Assembly: GCA_963756875.1 (NCBI GenBank)
Contig: CAVWPA010000001.1
Coordinates: 1-64,000 of the forward strand
From: an uncultured Verrucomicrobiae bacterium
GTDB taxonomy: Bacteria > Verrucomicrobiota > Verrucomicrobiia > Chthoniobacterales > UBA10450
Reading direction: 5' to 3'
DNA length: 64,000 nt
Of this stretch, positions 63,880 to 64,000 are shown piece after piece. The translations under genes and the position numbers were made by a program. The notes beneath the pieces were generated by a model that had not been told where the DNA came from, did not search any database, and saw nothing but the letters and a program-made list of their open reading frames with translations. Each line of letters opens with the position of its first letter. Within the stretch, counting starts at the first letter, position 1.

Positions 63880-63921
63880 GGGGAAAGTCGATGGTTGATG
63901 GTTGAGAGTGAATAGACGGAT

Positions 63922-64000
63922 CTACTCCGACTTTTTTGCCGCGGTTTTCTTCGCGCCGACGCTGATCGACTTGATTTTTACACGCGTCAATTTACGCCGA
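63922..64000 (-). CDS. rplU: 50S ribosomal protein L21, C-terminal fragment
   Basis: ...RRKLTRVKIKSI... immediately upstream of rpmA; truncated by window edge. Confidence 0.75.
   Translation of the reverse strand, partial: RRKLTRVKIKSISVGAKKTAAKKSE

Noticed and set aside
28001..64000. Right half as a genomic island or prophage
   Set aside because: It carries ribosomal, proS, frr, pyrH and mutS core genes and has no integrase or att site

Overview
The window looks like two unrelated genomes joined at about 28,000. Bases 1-28,000 resemble a high-GC Planctomycete (DUF1549/DUF1553 plus DUF1501 genes, ValRS with extra inserts) and are full of single-base indels that even break valS, most likely uncorrected long-read errors. 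This half has an SDR/bktB/cNMP-binding/HTH/DHOD-like/PFOR cluster with three sigma54-type promoters, a tRNA-Lys(CTT), cimA preceded by an unannotated Ile-rich leader peptide and terminator (candidate attenuator), valS, a DUF151 nuclease, a secreted hydrolase, WD40 proteins and uppP. Bases 28,001-64,000 have nearly intact ORFs and lower GC and resemble Verrucomicrobiota (Chthoniobacterales-like). They hold housekeeping genes (rpiB, cbpA, pepF, hpt, yajQ, comM, sigma-70, pyk, mutS, rpsI/rplM, proS, frr, pyrH, fmt, adk, rpmA, rplU) and many small palindromic repeat families. Some repeats sit in frame inside genes (mutS, a sulfotransferase-like gene) or supply stop codons. Taxonomy and product names come from my recognition of motifs, not database searches, and coordinates of frameshifted genes are approximate.
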